This document shows, one piece after another, positions 39,101-53,871 of a stretch of DNA of 64,000 bases. The notes beneath the pieces are model-generated. The model was not told where the DNA came from and did not search any database. It saw nothing but the letters and a program-made list of their open reading frames with translations. Every line of letters starts with the position of its first letter. Position 1 is the first letter of the stretch. A program made the translations under genes and the position numbers. The stretch lies in the NCBI GenBank assembly GCA_965153455.1, contig OZ234493.1:33532213-33596212 (forward strand), read 5' to 3'. The stretch comes from Sphagnum compactum. Lineage: Eukaryota.

Positions 39101-42100
39101 TTGTTGCGCCACTCAAGCAAACCATGACCTGTCGAATGACCCAACATTTAATATGGGTTCACAAGTTATTCAGTGTAGCCCCAACAACTAAGCCTCATGC
39201 TCCAATGCATGAAATTATCATGCAAACATATGGAGTTTAAATGTTTAAGGTTAAGTGTCTATCATTTTTTTATAAATTTATCCTATTCAATTAATAAGGT
39301 ATTTAATTTGTGGTTCATTGTGGATTTAGATTTTTTTCAAACTCTAATTTTATTAACAATGTCATTTTTATATATTTGAAATTTTATTTCATGGCATAAG
39401 GACAACAAAATATAATTATTTGAATGTCCCCAAATCAAGTTGAATTCATATGTGAAAAGTATATTACATGGATTCTCAATTAAAACATAACATAACATGA
39501 TTAGATCTTAATTTGAATTGCACAAAATTCTCTAAAAAACATATCAATCATTTATCAATGTTATGATCATGTGTTAATATTAAATTCAACCTATTGATCT
39601 TTTGTTTGTGCCCTTATGATCTATGGTCTTTCTTTTTATAATGACATAATTAAATTTATATCTATCATTTTTCTTCAATGAAGATCATTCCAAATTTCTT
39701 AATATGTTTGTGCAATGTTTTTTCCCATGTTGAATCATTTACAACCTTAACCATGACATCACCAAATATGAAAATAATTGTCACAAGTGGCCATGATAAT
39801 GTCTTTTGGAAGTATCAAAAGTATAAAAAAACTATGGATGAACCTATATCTAGTTTATGTAAAGACTTTTAAGTGGATGACAATCAAACATTCTTTATAT
39901 CATTAAGTTTTTGGGTACTCTATCCATATAGGTTAAGTGATCTTACCTATAAATGTTTTGTACCTAATACTATGCATATCCAAAACTTATATGTCAATAC
40001 CTTGTTGTCTATTGTTAATAATATTTTGACATAATAAGTATTAATGTTATATCAATGCATCGAATTTAGTTTTGTCTCAAACTCATCAACAATTGTTGAA
40101 ACAACATATCTCATGTATAATAACAAAAATAATGGAAATACATATGTTGCCATCCACATGTGTTCAAAATCCTTTTAATGGTTTAAAGAGAACCAAATTT
40201 GGATAAGATTTGGTTCTCCAAACCTTGATCCAAAGCTTCAAGGCACCCCAAAGTGGAAGTTCACCTTGGGAGTTTTGATTGTTCTTTATCTTTTATTCTT
40301 GGACGACTTCCACTTCATGTGGGAAGGTGTTTGCACCCTGCACCTTGACCCTTTTCATCACTTGATTTAAAAAGAAGCCTCATGATTTCTTTCATATTAG
40401 GAAGAACACTTAATTATCATCCAATGATTTCCAAAAGTTATCAACTTGGGGTCATGACAACTACTTAAATAGAATTATTAAAATATTTATCATGTTGCAC
40501 AAAACCATGCATTTTAAATCAAACACAAGGTTATTGTCATATTATGTTTTAGTCATAACTTATTTAATTGACATTTGGCTAAACTCTTATTATAATCATA
40601 AGTTGTAGCTATTGAACCATTTATTATAATGTGGTAACTTTGAACAAAACACAAAAAAATTCAAATATGTTAGAATGGGTTGAAGAGCTTTTTTTGTATT
40701 ACAACATATGTTTACATTTGTGGTTTCTTTCATTAAACCCACACACATAATATGTGTGCTTTAATATTTAAGCTACTTTTTGAGGGCCTTCAATGTATCA
40801 TTGACTATTGAACATGAAATAGAACAATGGTCATTGTTAAACAATACAGTGATAAAATATTGTTGCCACTATTAGGCCCCAATTAGCTTAACCCAATTTT
40901 GGTTTAAAGTATGTAAGCCGGCTAAGGGAGTTTTGGGGTTAACCCAAGGTTCATGGGATATAGTAGTATGTTTGATCTTATCCCAGATGGATTTGCCAAG
41001 GGGTGGGTGCCCTAGATAAGATAAGGTGGGTGGTAGAATAGGTGGATTAAGTTAAGGTAGGGTTACCTTGTCTTCACATGGATCAACTAAGTCTATCAAA
41101 TAAGGAGGTACGGACATGGTAGAGGTGGCTTTTAAAAAGGTGTTAGGAATTATGTTTAAATCAAAACAACAACAATAGTTTTTTTCTAAATCTAAGAGGG
41201 CAAGAAGGCATTGTTGACCACTCCCTCCACCTCAAGAGTGATGAGTATTGTGTGAAGAGGTGGGAGGGAGTGTTGATGAAGATGTGATATTTTGGCTAAT
41301 AGGGAGTTGTACATATCATGAAGGGTTGAGGTAAGGTGAGGGGATTGCTACATCATGAAGAGGTGAACTTTTAAGGTACACCCAACCAAGCAACATGGTT
41401 GGGATGGGGGTGGAGGCATCATGAATTGGTGGTGGCGGTTGTTCAAGGGAGGGCTCTAGGCATAGTTCCACTCAAAGGCAAATGGAGGAAAAGGTACAAA
41501 GGATTGGTGTTAGGCTTGGTAATGTAGGAGTAGAAAATTAAGGTGGGCAAAAAAAGAGGGAGTGCCTAACCTAAGACTGAAAAAGAAGGTTTACCTTCTT
41601 GTGTTAGAAAAAGGAAAGTGGGGAAAAAAAGGAGTTGTTTCGAAAAGCTTGAGTAGGTATGGGTTGTCAGGGTTCTTAAGAGTAAAAAACAAGAAGATTA
41701 GATAAGGAAGGAAGGTAGGATTGTTCATATAAAAGGGAGTAGGTTTGATAAGGCATGGGTAGAAACTTGGTTGGAGTAGGAGATTAACAATCTAAGAACT
41801 AATGATTCCATCGTAACTACCTTCCTTTTCTTTTGATGTGTGAAAGATTGATTTGAAAAAAACCTTATTTCATTTCATGAATGTTGTGTGTTTCTTTTTT
41901 GTGATTTACTTGTTTAAGGTTACGGTTGGGTATAATATGAGTAAAAGGAAAGTTGTTGTGAACAACAAAAAAAATTGATGTCTAAATCAGACGAAGGAAG
42001 GGTAGAACATCAATTACAAGGAGGGAAGGGAAATTTTGCTCAACAAAAGGCCAAACCTTTACTTTATGTTGGTTATGTTATCTTAGGTAGATGATTCACT

Positions 42101-44379
42101 CATGTGACTTGGTTGCAACTTCTCCTTGTAGGTTTTGTTACAATGGTTTTATTGTATTGAATGAGGGGTCTTGGGATTAAAAAGGTTAGTTGGGGTAATG
42201 AGATGAATATTTAACTTGAAGTGAATACCTATAAGGGGTAGAAGGGTAATTACTTAATTGTGACACCTTTTGGATGTTCTTCAAAGGGCAAAGGGGAGTG
42301 ACTCTAGGTAAGATGTTAAGGACATGTGTTAATTATGTGTTTAACATCCACTTTTGGTGATTGTTTATAAACATTTGAACCATCCCTCCTCGACATGATT
42401 AACATAAGTTTGGTTTTCAGCCTATGTGAATCCACTTGTTATTTCAAATGTAGAAAGGTATGCATATTTGGATTTTTTGAAAATATAATGGCCTATATAT
42501 GGACATTGTGTTATTGATTCCAATGATGTCAAATCATACTTGGTTGGTTAGTTATTTAAATTTTCATGAAAATCAATTTCTAAATGTGAAATTTTTGGCA
42601 CAATAGTTTCTTGGGATTCTTGCAAATTGGTTCACAAATTGAAACAAAATGGATTTTAGGGAAGTATATCCATAAGTTTGAATAAGTGTAAATTTGGTCT
42701 CAATGATTTAAACATGTTGGTCATGATCTACAAAAATTAACCTACATGATCTACATGATGCAAGCATGAATTGCACACAAAATGATAATGGCTTGGAGGA
42801 AATTTTCATTGTTAAAGATGCCATTCTTGCTAAATATGAACATGAAAAGAAGACTATGTGTTGAATGTTTGTGTGTTCATTTTGAATATCTCAATACTTT
42901 AATTGCAAAAATACAATAAAAGTGCCATAGTTGTCACATAATAAACATTATGAAAATCCAAAGTTCATAACCTATGCAATCCTTTTTTCATTATACATTC
43001 CTTGTTGGAACCCCAACCTTAAATGGACCATCTTGATTTCTTATATTCATACCACTACTTAATAACAATTTATTTGTGTTCATACCATATTGATAAATAA
43101 AGTAGACAATTTTTAATATCAATATGATTTCAATGTTAAAATAAATAATGGTCACAATTGCATAATGGAAAAATGACAAGTTGATGGCAAAGATTAAAGA
43201 TGTATTTATAACATGTTTAATCCCTACTATTAATGAAAGTAAATTGTTTGTTTTGTTTAAACCATGAGGACTAATTGTGTTTTTGGTACTATTTGAAAAC
43301 CATTTGTTAAAGTCGGGTGCATCAATGTGATTTTGTATTGTTTAGACCTACAATCCAAGAATTTTTTACTTTTGAGTATTTTCATGACTATATATATATA
43401 TAAAAGGAAATTGATGGTGTGCTCTTGGTCTCATTGGAAAACTTTCAATGAATACACTAAGGTGGTTTTGTAAATTTTGGACCTATAGTGTGGAGCTAAA
43501 TTTTGAATAATTTTCTCATTGGAAATTTAATGTAAAACTATGTTAAAATGTGTTCAACAATGCACACCAAACTAGTGTGATTGCAAAACAACATTTCACA
43601 AGATAGAATTTATCAATTAATTATTTGGAATTTGTCAAAAACCAATAACCCAAGGATAAGAAGGATTATTTTTTCTTTCTTCAAGGAAATTTTGCAACTT
43701 GGAGAAATTTTTGAGGGAAATTTTTGGACAAATATCTTCTTTCAAAGCAATTTTGACTAAACTAAAATTTTTTTTGACATTATTTTCCCATTTTCTACTT
43801 CAAAATATTGAAAAACATTGTTGGGAAGGATGGAATGCAAGAATCGTTTAAACTATCTTCTTTACTTGTCAAAGATGGTCCCAAAACCAACACATTGTTT
43901 CTTTTGTTAATTCCACACCATTTCACGATTGTTTTACAAAAATCAATTGAAGTAGATATACTAAATGCAAACTATTACAAATAAAAAACACATGTTGCAC
44001 GCTTTGAATAAGACTATTCATTGTCTACTCTGGGTGAACATTAAAATTAATGAATCAATCTATATATACCCTTGTTGATATATCATTGTTGAAAATAGTC
44101 ATAGTTTGATCTAATTGTGATTAATTTGAAATATTTTTGGTCATGCAATTCTATGTTCAATGATGTATTTTCACATCGGTGCCCATGTTTAAAAATGTAT
44201 GTCCACATTTTCTCTTATGATTGCATGTCAACAATTAACATCTAGTTATAATTATGACATATAGACTTTTTTGAGGGTCACATTTGCCCTTAAATATTCA
44301 TTGAGTAAATGTTGTTGGGTTTTCAACATATATTCCATGTTGGATACTATCGCATTTTGAATGAGGTTTCAAAAAAAAA

Positions 44380-47300
44380 AGGATATATTTATAGGTGTCC
44401 CACCAAAAATCCAAACCTTTCATTTCCATTTTTTGTTTCAATTACATGAACCAATTGAAGTCCAATAGCCTTTGTCAACTTTTCAATTGTAAACTTTGGA
44501 GTTTACATTTAATTAAGAGCTTTAACTTTCATTTCTAGGTGTTAACCTTTCACCAAACCATTGGTTAAAAGAACTTTAATTTATATGTGCATGTTAATCA
44601 AGTTTATCTATCTACCTTTGCAAAAGCATGGTTGTTGTATCCCATTTAACTTTAAGAACATGGGTCGTTGGTTTGCCCTTATTCACATTAATACTTAAAC
44701 CAATGCTTTGACTTTGTTAAAGGTTTTTTGTAATTGGGGGGCACAAATGAAAGAAATCCATTTCAGAAAGGAACCATTTCAAACACTACAACAAAAGGAG
44801 CTTGGAAGTTATGTCTCTTTGGCCCACTTCCATTAAAAAGGTTTCATTGAATCAAGTTTTTTTTGGCACCTTTTATATCACAAGTAAGCCAAAGCTTTAT
44901 CCCAATTGATTTTCAAGCTATTAATATGTAAGAATTGTGTAGTACATCAACCATTTCATAGAGGTTTGCCTCCTCACCTTTAATCATGATTGTAATATTG
45001 TCAACATATTTTGAAATAGTTTGGTGTTTTCATCCTCATGGCAAAGCAATCCCTTTGATGTTTCCAAGTTGTTCTCCTTCCTTGACCATATGGTTAAACA
45101 TTTTTCCTACAAGGATGAAGAGGTAGGGGGCTAGTGGGGCACCCCTACCTAAAACTTTATCAATTTTGAAGGTTTTTGAAATGTCACTATTGAAATATGA
45201 CTTCAACATCTTGAAACAATAACTTCATCATCACCAAAAAAAGTTTCCCATGCCCAACTTCTCCATTGCCATAAACAAAAAATCATAACTTATCTTATCA
45301 TAGGCCTTTGCAAAGTTTAACTTGTAAAACACCAATGATTGATTTGAATGCCTAGTCCAATCTAATGTTTCTTGAGCCAAGAATAAATTGTCCAAAACAT
45401 ATTGGAATGATAGGAAGGCCATTTGATTACAATTTGATTACTTTCATTGGATTGGCTAAAATCTATCATTTTAAATAAGTTTTTCCAATTAAATCACAAA
45501 ATTCCAGATATAAAATTTACCACAACCCCATATAGGTCATGGGATTTACTCTTAGCCATTGATTTTGTAATTGAGTGAAGCTTCTCCATGGAGATTGGAT
45601 TGATTAATATAAAGTTCATAACTTATGAAACTTTTCAAGAATGTTTCAAGAATCAAGGCTTTTATTTATACTTGCTTTGTGTTTCTTTGTAAGCCTTGTA
45701 CAACTTGTTATAAAAGTAATGAGAAATCTTTTATAGTTGTTCCCCCTTAATTACTACAAACCCCTCCTCATCTTTAAAAGCCAAAATAACCATTTTTCTA
45801 TGTTTCAATTTTATTACAACAAAGGTGTTGCCTTTGAACCTCCACCTTATTTTGGCTTGGATTTTTTGACCTACTACCTTCACCTTCTCAAAATATTTGA
45901 GTTTATTTCTTAAGAATCCCACACTTTGTTGTAGTTCATGGTCATGGATTATACTTTGTAGGTCCCCTTGCATGAGTTCCAAATTGCACCTTCACTCCAC
46001 TTTTTCCTTTTAAAAGTTAGCTACTACATGTTTGCAAAATATGCCTTTGTAAATGTTTAATAATGTCTCTCATCTTTGAGAAAAAAATCAAACCTTTTGG
46101 TTGGGCATGGTGCAAGTTGTGGATTTACTTTCCAATAACTTTTTCAAACTGCTTGATGTTCATTTTTCTAAAATGAACACCTTGAAGTAATGTCTAGAAT
46201 CTCCATTACACAAGATATTGGATGGCGGAGAAAATTTACCCATCACTTTTTATTGTGTAGCAAGAAATTTGATTATTTTGATTTTTAAAAAAATAGTTAA
46301 AGATATAAAATTTATCAAACATGGTGTTATTATGTTGTTGCCATTTCTTAGGTGTCCTAGGAGTATCTAAGACCTCCACATGTTTTTATGAGTTCTTGAA
46401 TGTTTGGGGCTAATTTAATAGCATCTTCAAACAACTCTAACTCTTTTTCAAATAACTTTACCTCCTCTTAATTAACCTAGGTTAATTTCTTGCTAGATAA
46501 GTAAGGAGGTTACTAATTTCACTTGAGGGGTTGTGAAAGCTCTTTTGTTCAAGATAGATCCAATTTGGTGGCTTTGAATCATGTGAGGCAATGGAATTTC
46601 CACTAGCTATTATGATATTGTATTTTTTCCACTAGCTTTTTTCATTGTGGGGTTTTTGTCATTTAAGTTGAATGTGCATTTTCGAGGATAACCTTAGAAT
46701 TGTCAATATTTTTCAACATTGTGTCCACATCCACCATTATGGAGGTTGTTTGTAAAATTGAATTTAATTATTCCTCCCTTTTGTATTCATTTCCTTCCTT
46801 TCTTTCAAAACTCTCCATTTGAATTATTGATCGTTTGTTATCCCCCACCTTCATGGGAGACCAAACGATGGGAATGATTTTCATTGGTGTTTTTTCAACC
46901 TAATTGATTTTCATATTAAATATTATTTCTATTTTTATTCCATGTTTTTGGCTTTATCAAACCTTGTAATATGTTATCCCTTATAGGGTTTCTATTGCTC
47001 TTGACTTCTAATCTTTAATTGAATGCACTTGTTTAGGCATGAACTTGTCGAAAAACAAAAAACTCTTTCCTTGCCATACTTTGTGAATTTTTCTAGTTGG
47101 TGTTGAACTCAATCATTTGGTGGGGCACTTTTTTATTTTTCCTTTTGTTTCATTTTAGCCATTTTTATAAAGTCTACATTGTTTACCTTTAGGCTCTTTT
47201 GATAGATTTTTTGACCTAGAACCTCCTTTCTAGTTTATATTTCAAATTAGCTTTGTTATGCATCTTTCCACTAGTTTGATTTGATTTTCATTCCTTTTTA

Positions 47301-48200
47301 CCAACATTTGTTTTTCCTTTATTGTTGATGTCTATTATGTGTCTTGATGCATTTTTTCGTGAACAATTTTTTTGATAATCACTTAGAAGATGAAGCAAGT
47401 TGCCACAGAAGTGGCACATGATAGGATATTGTTTTAATGCGACAAAGATTGTAGTTGTTTTTCCATTCACCCCAACATGCTGATTGATAAACCCATCCCC
47501 ATTATGGATCCATAACCACACAAAACCTATCATATTTTCTTATGTGGTTATTAAAGTTTTTCTCCCCAAAATTTTCCAATTCTTGTAGTAATCTACCTTT
47601 TAGAGGTTTATATTCAAGTGGCAACAGTTAAAAGGTGCACCATCTCAAGATTTTCAAGCTCTATAAGAAATTTTTGTTGAACAATCGTACCCATTCTTGG
47701 TAGATGTTCCCCATAGTGTCTTGTGTGGAATCATCATTAAAAAATTTCTTAGCTCCTTTGGAAGTTGTAGAATTCAAATACATGAAGCTCCACCCCACAT
47801 CCTTGATAACCTAGATCTTCACTTCTACATTCATTAGCACAACCTAGTTAATAAGGATTTGGAACTTACAAAATTAACAACTATCATATGTCGAAAATTG
47901 TATTTAATTTCTTGTTGAAACACCTCCATTGACAAGTCTTTTTATGACATTTAATTGATCTTACTAATCAATAGGTTCTAATTTTGACAACACTACTTAT
48001 CCTTGCAATGCCTAAAAATGCATTGAGTTTTTTTATGCATGTTGGTTTCATGCAAAGGGTTTCTATAATTTTGTTCATCTTTGCCATGTTGATGTTTTTA
48101 TCCTTTTGAATTTCTAGTTATAACACTTCTAGATCATTTTGTCCACGAGTTGGAGGAGGTGAAGATTGCAATACTTAAAAAATGAAACCATTATGAGCAA
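44380..48200 (-). mobile_element. Decayed L1-type LINE retrotransposon
   Basis: RT fragments LDNLFLAQETLDW..KLNFAKAYDKISYDFL..MEKLG (45231-45422) and RGAPLAPYLFILVG (~45110-45150); ORF1 zinc-knuckle remnant CHFCGNLLHLLSD (47288-47533); many stops and frameshifts. Confidence 0.8.
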
Positions 48201-49391
48201 AATACCAAAATGCCTTGCACAAAATTAGAAGAATTTTAGACCTAATCAAAACAAGAAGGTTAAAGATGGAAACTTTAAGCCTCAGAAGTTGTTGTTGCCC
48301 TTTGAATATAATGACTTTTGTTTGTTAAGAGTGATCAAAAGCTTGAATTGCAAACATAAAATAAATTGATGTGACAAAAATAAAAATAAAAATTGATAGC
48401 AACAATGCCAACTTAAGAATTTTGATCAAATTGAAAGAATGTTAGAATGTAGTTGCCATAGTTCTCAAAAATTACAAATGTGGGTTGTAATTAAGCAAAC
48501 ATGAAAACATTGAATGAACCACAAATCTTTAATTAAAAAAAAATCATCACTCCTCCACCCCTCCCCACCTAAACTTGACTTTGTTAAAAGTTTAACACAT
48601 GAAAACTATCAAAACACAATGTAACTCATAAAATCAAGAATTCCTTTGATTATAAAACCTCTTATCTAAATTTATTTTAAACTACAAGATTTTTTTTTAA
48701 TGCTTTTAAAATTTATCTTTCAAACAGTGATTTTAATAAATTCCAAATTCAACTATTGGGATTTGAACTGCAGACCTTTTCGTGACAATAACTTAAATCT
48801 CTGAAGTAATCTAAACACACCAAATTGCTCCATAACATTTGATAGAATCATGTTTATTATTTTTTATAATCATTATTTGTTGAAAATTTCAAAATTAAAA
48901 AACCAGGTGCTGAAATTTATTAAGATTTCAAATTTAAATAATTATTGGACAGTTTTTGTTGCAGAAATGATAAAGGTAAAGTACCTATTTTATATCCCAT
49001 GCCTCAAAGTCTCAACCCATACATACATACACCGATGGAACAATTTGGTCACATTGACTATGAAAACAACGCGGTTTAAAGGTTGTCTTTTTCTTGTGGG
49101 TGGGTTCCCTTCATTTTTGGCTTTTGATGGGGGTATTGAAATTGCCAAAAAGTTCACCTCCGACATTTTGGAATGCTCCAATGTGTTCGACACACTAGGG
49201 TAATGAACATGTGGTCTAGAAGACGGCCACCAACTTGAAGTTAATCCTTCCCTTCTCAATGCTAACTTTTGTGACCCTCCCTCCCTCACAACAAAAGTGA
49301 GGAGGAGGAATGACCGACCGGGTGATGACATCTTCCACTAATTTCTCAATTGTTTGACGATTGTAAGCCAATAGGACTTATTAATTAATTA

Positions 49392-49633
49392 AAGGAAAAT
49401 TTTAAATTCACACCTTTTTGGGTTAAATTCACACCCTTTCTTCGCGCGTCCGATTATATGCAGATTAAATTTGAATGTGTCTGTGATCAATCAGGGCACA
49501 ACTCGAGAACTTGCCCGCAGAAGTAATTGAACTGATAAAGGAACATACTCTTAAAGTTTAATCTGCATAAAATCGGACGCACAAAGAAAGGGTGTGAATT
49601 TAACCAAAAAAGGTGTGAATTAAAATTTTTCCT
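49392..49633. mobile_element. Fold-back element / MITE with long inverted repeats
   Basis: Arms AGGAAAATTTTAAATTCACACC..CGTCCGATTATATGCAGATTAAA and TTTAATCTGCATAAAATCGGACG..GGTGTGAATTAAAATTTTTCCT form about 80 bp or more of near-perfect inverted repeat in a TTAA-rich context. Confidence 0.75.
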
Positions 49634-52077
49634 AATTAAATTAAATTAAAATTTTATTTCTTGGGTGAGCATTGTTTCAACTTCCATCAAAGGGTCAATG
49701 ACTAGTGTGACTTTTGATGGTTTAGAAGAGGGAAAATGCAGCCTAAAAGACAGAGGACAAACTATTTATACAGAGCTATTGCCAAACTTTCTTTAATAGG
49801 TAGCCCCCATGTTGGGAGAGGAGGGTGTTGTGTAGGTAGTTTGCAAGGTGCTTTCCTGGTTTAGGGTTTAGGATGGAACTTTAGTCTATTTTGGGAATGA
49901 AGCTCCTTTTGAGAAATCCCCATGGAAATCCCTCCCCCCACATTCCAGGGCTTTGGATCATCTCCACCAATAGCACTCTACTAGCCATGCACACACACTA
50001 TTTGGATGAAGTGAACTCTTGTCACATAGTGTGAAACTCATTGTGGGCCTTTACACTTGCCCATAACAGACTTGTAACCAGACACAAACCATAGTAATGG
50101 TCTTGATAGAAGGATTTTACAAGGGTCAACACCAAAATCATAAAGCCCACTCTGAAATTATGAAGCCACACTTTGAAATCATTAAGCCCACTACGAGGAC
50201 GGAGGTTTTAAAAATTACATGTTAAATTATTTAGAGCAGCTTCACCCATACTTGGTTTTTAGTTAGGCCTGCAAAAATTATTTCTCGCACATCCAATGTG
50301 ATTTCTTTCCTTGTTTGCAAGCCCCACCCATAATCACCGAAATTGAGATTTTAAAATGTAGGAGACTACTACTAGTAGCAAAGCAAACAATGTCGACCAA
50401 TTGATGTACCTATGTAAACTAATCAAGAGCAAGTGGTAGATTGTGCAATGGCATTTGTGAAGCACCTCGGCATTCATTCAATTAAAAAATGCTAACCCAA
50501 AGCCATTTTACTAAGCCAAATCCACAAGATTTTCATCCTTCTTCATCCAAATGCATTCATCAAATCCACAAGATTTCATCCTTTCTTCATCCAAAAACAT
50601 TCTTTGACGTGCCCCAGGGGTAGATTCTCTCTAAAGTGTTGACCAAATACAGTAGACATTATGTTGTGGATGTTTAAGGAAACCCTAAAAATTTCAGGCT
50701 CAATAAGAGGGAAATAAAAGAGAGGACTTTGTCGGAGAACACAAACGGGGAGGACCCATCAAACAAAGGAACCCAAAAAAGTGTATACCGCTTTTCCGCA
50801 AGTTTCTCTTCAAGCGCGTCAAGAACCCCTTTCAACTCTGTTTTCACTCATTCATTGCGCCCTTGTTGATTCTTTGTGCATCCAAAGGCGACCCATTTGA
50901 CCCTGTTTGTCTTCGTTTTGTCTTCTCCAGACTTCACTCTCTGGGCGGCGATTGACGCCTTCCTACGATTGCAAGGTACCAGTTTTTCAAGCAAGTAATC
51001 AGTGTTTGCTTGTATTTTCCTTTTTTTTTCACTGGAGTTTTGGGGCTTTGGGTGGGGCTTTTTTTTTCTTGGGTTTTCTCTGATTTTCTCGTGATGGTCA
51101 CATCACTGGAGTTTTGGGGCTTTGGGTACAATGGGCTTTTGGATTTTCGTCTTTCTTGTTCATGCTGGGCTTTCATCGAGATCTTTCCAACAAGCTAAAG
51201 ATCACTTGAATTGGAGGTGATTTGATCCCTAAATCTGGCTTTAAACATGAACTATGGTTTGTGTTTCCTTATGTGGTTTCCTTTTGTGCATGTATTTCGA
51301 CCAGTCGTAGACCAGGGTTTTTTTACTGCAGAGGTGAGGTTTCTTGAAGTTTTCCCCATCCATCTTCATGAGCAATCTGTGTGTGTTTTTTCACAATTTT
51401 TTTTTCTCTGCAGTACTGTGGGTTTGGGTTTCTATGGTATTAATTTCTAAGCTCAATATTTTCTTCTTACTGACTTCACAGAAGATAGGTGGTCTTTTTT
51501 TCCCTCTTTTGTCTAACAATTTTTCTTTCTCCTTTCTGTCTGCACATATTCCCAAATAGGAGTAGGGTTTGAAGTGTGTATGATGCACAACTGAAGGTGA
51601 ATTGAACTTGCTTCCATTGCCTCAACAATTCAGTGCATATGGGGGGATCTATTTCATCCTCCACACGCAAGGACTGTAGAACATGATGATCATGAGAAGA
51701 AGAACATAATCATCATCTCTTCTTGAAGTTGAATGTAAGTTGTAAACAGAAATGTGGAACTTTATATTTGTATCAAGGATTGTTGTTTGAGTTATGCTCA
51801 CAAGTTCTTGGATATTATCACTTCAAGTGAACTCCATATCATTCTGGATGTATATTATGTGTGCTCTTGTTGTTGCAGGGAGCCATTTGATTCTCCTTGA
51901 AGATGATCACTCTTAGCCGTTCTAAATCTCCCTTTTTTGTTGGTTTTTTGTTTTTGTCTGTATGGGCCCCAGAATTTGTCTTTTCCTGTTCTTCTGTGCG
52001 ACTCCAGGCTTTCATGCCCAGCTCGAATACTCATAACTTGCTTCCAGGCCAGGAGGGAGTGTCTTCTATTAGTAACA

Positions 52078-53871
52078 ATGGGGATGCCACATGTACGTTA
52101 TGCCCTCTCCTGTGTTCTGAGATTTGAAATTGTTTTAGGGCAAAGACTGTCATTGTGTTGGCTGCAGTTCAGGGTTTATTTTTGTTTTCACACACACACA
52201 CACATGCTTATTAGGAGAGATTCGCTTAATACTAAAACCCTAAGGAATGAGGTATATAGAGGATGCGCCTCTGTGTGCTGCAGCTGGTGCTTTTCTGTAT
52301 TGGAGATAGCATGAAAGCAGATATTTCGATATTTGCATGTGTTCAACGTGCAGCCTTGAAGTAAAATTGATCCTTTCTGTCTCCTTGTTGCAGAAACCAA
52401 AGGTAGATGGAGTAGAAAGACCAACGTGGTGTATCAATCCATGGCAATGGAGAAACACAGTGACTCGTAGTGTAACATATGTGCTAGTGGCCTTTCTTTT
52501 TTGTGAAACCATAGGCAATCATTTTGTGCAAGCTTCAACTACGTATCAAGTGGGTGGCAGATTCGTACCAGGAGCTATTTGGACCAATATGTTGAATGGA
52601 ACTATCAATTCAACAGGCCTTCAGGATGCTTATCAGCAGTGGGCTTCATCAGTTAGTATTGCTGTTGGAGACAGTATAGGTATGTTATGAGTGCAAATCC
52701 TTACATCTGTTTTGTTTGTTGCCTTGTCCACTGTTTGTGGGGTTAGGGTTTGGCAAGAGGTCGATAGGGTTTCCACTATAATGCAGTGCTTTTTTTAATC
52801 TATGTATAAGTGACAGTTGACATCAACTTCTTTTATGGAAAAATGAAATCACTTATTGGTAACTTATTTCTGAAACAGAATTTAACTATGAAGAAGGTGC
52901 ACACACTGTCCATTTGCTTTCAAATTCAGCAGACTTTGCTGCCTGCAACACTGCCAGTGGTGTAACACTTTCCACCTCTGCACCTCCTACTATTGTGAGT
53001 TCACAAACTTTTTGAAACTGCCAAAATTCCACAAGTTTTGCTAGGGATATTGTTAGAGCAGGGCTAAAACTGAATAGGCAGTTGTAACATGAAAACTTTG
53101 CTTGAGGTTTGCCAGCATTTCCAGAAATTTTGTAGGTAGGAACAGCTTCTGAGATTTGTATCACTAATGAAAAAAAACCATAGAAATGTGATTATTCTGG
53201 GATAAGATACTAGCTTTCATCGGTGACATTGTAAGGTATTTGCTACTTCTGTGTATACTTGGGATTGACTTATTGAACTAGATTTTTTTGACTCTTGGTT
53301 GATGTCTTTGTGCAGTATGTTGTGCAACCAACAGATCCATCCACTCTCTACTTTATTTGCACAGTAGACAGTCACTGCCTGGATGGCCAGAAAGTGGCTA
53401 TTGATATCAAAGTACATAACCTTGTCCCTGATTCAGATTTCTAAGCACTAATTGTTGGTATCCTCCAAGAGATTGGATAAAACCCACATGTATATTCTTC
53501 TTTGGGTCTTCCCTAGTCCACTTCATATTTGCGACATTCTCACCAAATATGCAATGAACTAGGGAACACCCAAAATGTGACATATATTTCAATGTGGCAA
53601 ATATTCGGTGCTTCTTTGCAGTCGTATTGGTATATTTCTTTTATGGACAAGGAAGGGTGAAGTTACTTTATTTCATGGAGATCTTTTTCTAAGACCTGCT
53701 GTTGTTGGCACTCAGCAGGGGACAGGTTTAACACCAGTTTCTTCACCAGTTTCTTCACCAGTTGCAACACCCAGTGGTTCTGCTGGAAATCATTTGCACC
53801 ATAGTTTGGAAATGGTGCCGCTATTGCTAGCCATCACCTCATATCTCATATTTCTTGGCCATCTTCAATGA
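52078..53871 (+). CDS. Phytocyanin (plastocyanin-like blue copper protein), stellacyanin-type, probably GPI-anchored
   Basis: Exons 52078-52092 (MGMPH|GTACGT), 52394-52679, 52879-52994, 53316-53411, 53716/53719-53871. Hydrophobic leader, TTYQVGG..W..YQQWASS..VGDSIEFNY..HTV..ADFAAC..YFICTVDSHCLDGQKVAI (Cu ligands H, C, H, Q), then a Ser/Pro linker and hydrophobic C-terminus. The first and last exon junctions are less certain. Probable 5'UTR exon(s) from about 50.8 kb with an intron at 50976-51878. Confidence 0.85.

Noticed and set aside
36400-43300. Intact transposase or other genes in the AT-rich block
   Set aside because: Only faint, stop-riddled TE-like traces; family and boundaries cannot be supported from the sequence alone.
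52040-52070. miR408 target site in the phytocyanin leader (GCCAGGAGGGAGTG)
   Set aside because: Too many mismatches and gaps relative to the miR408 complement GCCAGGGAAGAGGCAGTGCA.
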